64,000 nucleotides of DNA from the human T2T-CHM13v2.0 reference genome, Homo sapiens, in NCBI RefSeq assembly GCF_009914755.1, contig NC_060925.1, one strand, 5' to 3'. The stretch's first letter is position 1; each line of letters starts with the position of its first letter. Below, one piece after another: positions 60,701 to 64,000 of this stretch. Under the pieces are notes generated by a model. It saw nothing but the letters and a program-made list of their open reading frames with translations, was not told the origin of the DNA and did not search any database. Both the position numbers and the translations under genes were made by a program.

Positions 60701-63700
60701 GTGAGTTGCATGCAATCATCACAGAGAAGTTTCTGAGAAGGCTTCTGTCTAGATTTTATGTGAAGATATAGCCGTTTCGAACGAAGGCCACAAAGTGCTC
60801 CAAATATCCACTTGCAGGTCCTCCAAAAAGAGTGTTTCAAACGTGAACTACCAAAGGAAGGCTCAACTCTGGACTTTGAATGCCAACGTCAGAAGGATGT
60901 TTCTGCGAAAGCTTCTGTTTAGTTAGGCGACGTTATCCCGTTTCCAACGAAATCCTCAGAGAGGTCCAAATATCCACCTGCAGAGTGTACAAAAAGTGTG
61001 TTTCAAAACTGCTCCACCCAAAGGAATGTTCAGCTCTGTGAGTTGAACTCAATCATCCCAAAGTATTTTCTGAGAATGCTTCTGTCCAGTTTTTACATGA
61101 AGCTGTTTCCTTTACTACCGTAGGCCTCAAAGCGTTCCAAATCTCCACTTGCAGATGCTACGAAAGGAGCGTTTCAACCTGAACTCACAAGGGAAGGTTC
61201 ACCTCTGTCAGTTGAATGTCAACATCACAAAGAAGTTCTGAGAATGTTCCTCTTCAGTTATGTGAGGTTTCTCCCGTTTCCAACGAAATTCTCAGAGAAG
61301 TCCCAATATCCACTTGCATATTCTACAAAACGTGTGTTTTGAAAATGCTCCATCAAAAGACCTGCTCTGCTCTGTGAGTTAAACTCAATCATCGCAAAGA
61401 ATTTTCTGAGAATGCTTCTGTCTTGTTTTTAGATGAAGTTCTTTCCTTTACTACGACAGGCCTCAAAGAGGTCCAAATCTCCACTTGCAGATTCTGCAGA
61501 AGGAGTGTTTCAAACCTGAACCGTCAGAGAAAGGTTCAACACTGTGAGTTGAATGCAAGCATCACGAAGAAGGTTCTGAGAATGCTTCTGTTTACGTAGG
61601 TGAGTTCTCTCCCGTATCCAACGAAATCCTCAGAGCGGTCCGAATCTCCACTTGCAGATTCTACACAAAGTGTGTTTGGAAACTGCTCCATCCAAAGGAA
61701 TGTTCAGCTCCGTGAGTTGAACTCAATCGTCACAAAGTGTTTCCTGGGAATGCTACTGTCTCGTTTTTATGTGCAGTCATATCCTCTACTGCCATAGGCC
61801 TCAAAGCGGTCCAAATCTCCCCTTTCAGATTCTACCAAAAGTGTGTTTCCAAACGGCTCCATCAAAGGGAATGTTCAGCTCGGTGACTTGAAAGCAATCA
61901 TCACAAAGCAGCTTCTGAGAATGCTTCCATGTATCTTTGATGAGAAGACATTTCCTTTTCCACCCCAGGCCTCGAAGCCCTCCAAATGTCCCCTTGCAGA
62001 TGCTAGAAAGAGAGGGTTTCAAAGCTGCTCTCTCAAAAGGAAAGTACAACTCTGCGAGTTGAATGCAAACATCACAAAGAAGTTCCTGAGCATGCTTCCG
62101 TTTAGCTTTTATGGGAAGATTATCCCTTTTCCATCGGAATGTTCAAAGAGGTCCACATATCCGCTTGCAGATTCCACCGAAAGAGTGTTTCCAAACTGCT
62201 GCATCAAAAGGAATCCTCAGCTCCGTGAGTTGAATGCAATCATCACCAAGAAGTTTCTGACAATGCTTCTCTCTAGTTTTTATGTGAAGATATTTCCTTA
62301 TCAACCACAGGCCTGAAAGGGCTCCAAATGTCCACTTGGAGGCTCTACGAAAAGAATGTTTCAAAACTGCTCCATGAAAAGCAATGTTATACTCTGGGAG
62401 TTGAACACAAGCCTCACAAAGGAGTTTCTGAGAATGCTTCTGTTTACTTTTTACGTGAGGATATTCCCGTTTCCAAAGAAGTCTTCACAGAGTTCCACCT
62501 ATCCATTTGCAGATGCTAGCAAAAGAGAGTTTCAAAACTGCTCTATCAAAAGGAATGTTCAACTCTGTGAGTTGCATGCAATCATCACAGAGAAGTTTCT
62601 GAGAAGGCTTCTGTCTAGATTTTATGTGAAGATATAGCCGTTTCGAACGAAGGCCACAAAGTGCTCCAAATATCCACTTGCAGCTCCTCCAAAAAGAGTG
62701 TTTCAAACGTGAACTACCAAAGGAAGGCTCAACTCTGGACTTTGAATGCCAACGTCAGAAGGATGTTTCTGCGAAAGCTTCTGTTTAGTTAGGCGACGTT
62801 ATCCCGTTTCCAACGAAATCCTCAGAGAGGTCCAAATATCCACCTGCAGAGTCTACAAAAAGTGTGTTTCAAAACTGCTCCACCCAAAGGAATGTTCAGC
62901 TCTGTGAGTTGAACTCAATCATCCCAAAGTATTTTCTGAGAATGCTTCTGTCCAGTTTTTACATGAAGCTGTTTCCTTTACTACCGTAGGCCTCAAAGCG
63001 TTCCAAATCTCCACTTGCAGATGCTACGAAAGGAGCGTTTCAACCTGAACTCACAAGGGAAGGTTCACCTCTGTCAGTTGAATGTCAACATCACAAAGAA
63101 GTTCTGAGAATGTTCCTCTTCAGTTATGTGAGGTTTATCCCGTTTCCAACGAAATTCTCAGAGAAGTCCCAATATCCACTTGCATATTCTACAAAACGTG
63201 TGTTTTGAAAATGCTCCATCAAAAGACCTGCTCAGCTCTGTGAGTTAAACTCAATCATCGCAAAGAATTTTCTGAGAATGCTTCTGTCTTGTTTTTAGAT
63301 GAAGTTCTTTCCTTTACTACGACAGGCCTCAAAGAGGTCCAAATCTCCACTTGCAGATTCTGCAGAAGGAGTGTTTCAAACCTGAACCGTCAGAGAAAGG
63401 TTCAACACTGTGAGTTGAATGCAAGCATCACGAAGAAGGTTCTGAGAATGCTTCTGTTTACGTAGGTGAGTTCTCTCCCGTATCCAACGAAATCCTCAGA
63501 GCGGTCCGAATCTCCACTTGCAGATTCTACACAAAGTGTGTTTGGAAACTGCTCCATCCAAAGGAATGTTCAGCTCCGTGAGTTGAACTCAATCGTCACA
63601 AAGTGTTTCCTGGGAATGCTACTGTCTCGTTTTTATGTGCAGTTATATCCTCTACTGCCATAGGCCTCAAAGCGGTCCAAATCTCCCCTTTCAGATTCTA
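39701..63700 (-). repeat. HOR haplotype block R (~13 copies, constant 1866-bp period)
   Basis: Shared diagnostic alleles: CATCGGAATG, CCACGTATCC, CCTTATCC, AAAGGGCTCC, CTCCATGAAA, GCTACGAAAGGAGC, TTCACCTCTG, CCCAATATCC, AAAACGTGTG, AGACCTGCTC, GACTTGAAAGC, ATGTATCTTTG. ORF starts are exactly 1866 apart from 39208 to 63466. Confidence 0.93.
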
Positions 63701-64000
63701 CCAAAAGTGTGTTTCCAAACGGCTCCATCAAAGAGAATATTCAGCTCGGTGACTTGAAAGCAATCATCACAAAGCAGCTTCTGAGAATGCTTCCATGTAG
63801 CTTTGATGAGAAGATATTTCCTTTTCCACCCCAGGACTCGAAGCCCTCCAAATGTCCCCTTGCAGATGCTAGAAAGAGAGGGTTTCAAAGCTGCTCTATC
63901 AAAAGGAAAGTACAACTCTGCGAGTTGAATGCAAACATCACAAAGAAGTTCCTGAGCATGCTTCCGTTTAGCTTTTACGGGAAGATTATCCCTTTTCCAT

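Larger units (their letters stand above)
1..64000 (-). repeat. Alpha-satellite higher-order repeat array, 11-mer HOR of ~1866 bp, ~34.3 tandem copies; probably D1Z5/S3C1H2 (SF3). Strand given is the one on which the CENP-B box reads TTCG....A..CGGG
   Basis: Alphoid motifs (TTCTGAGAATGCTTCT, CTCTGTGAGTTGAA, CCACTTGCAGATTCT, GTGTTTCAAA) recur every 167-171 bp over the entire window. Near-identical sequence recurs at ~1866 bp (equivalent positions 29, 1895, 3761, 5627, 7492 ... 61600, 63466). The array runs off both window ends. Alpha-satellite identity is essentially certain; the D1Z5 name is less so (~0.75). Confidence 0.99.

Noticed and set aside
39700-63700. Claim that block R is the active kinetochore site or centromere dip region
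   Set aside because: CENP-A occupancy and methylation cannot be read from sequence, and D1Z5-type arrays are generally regarded as flanking the active chr1 array.
29-63915. Hundreds of 60-238 aa ORFs on both strands (e.g. 157 aa at 272-745; 238 aa at 24289-25005 and 57868-58584; 187 aa at 50947-51510)
   Set aside because: They recur at the HOR period, overlap in several frames, often start at GTG/TTG and are translations of the 171-bp (57-codon) monomer. Longer ones arise from single stop-loss SNPs. No recognisable domain or codon-level constraint.
1-64000. CRISPR-like repeat/spacer pattern of conserved motifs every ~170 bp
   Set aside because: The intervening sequence is itself homologous between units, so there are no unique spacers, and there are no cas genes. 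It is a eukaryotic tandem satellite.
1-64000. L1/Alu/LTR insertion or inversion
   Set aside because: The 1863-1869-bp phase is unbroken end to end, all motifs stay on the same strand, and no poly-A tail or non-alphoid segment is seen.

Overview
The whole 64 kb is primate (most likely human) centromeric alpha-satellite DNA. It is one uninterrupted, single-orientation array of about 34.3 copies of an 11-monomer higher-order repeat (HOR; modal period 1866 bp, range about 1863-1869). Each HOR has one HindIII site. The monomer A/B pattern is non-alternating and pentamer-derived (SF3-like), which best fits the chromosome 1 D1Z5 / S3C1H2 family rather than the dimer-derived 11-mers D13Z1/D21Z1; this assignment comes from recall, not a database search. 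I found no genes, RNA genes, transposons, inversions or CRISPR arrays, and all listed ORFs are periodic by-products of the repeat. I cannot support a new gene-based system here. The interesting signal is the array's internal architecture. There are three layers of HOR haplotypes (left 1-~18.4 kb; a diverged mosaic zone ~18.4-39.7 kb; a homogeneous right block ~39.7-63.7 kb) with sharp intra-HOR breakpoints. On top of these sit nested 1-, 2-, 3-, 6- and 7-HOR duplication lags and copy-specific loss or gain of CENP-B boxes. All SNP comparisons were made by eye, so breakpoints are approximate.
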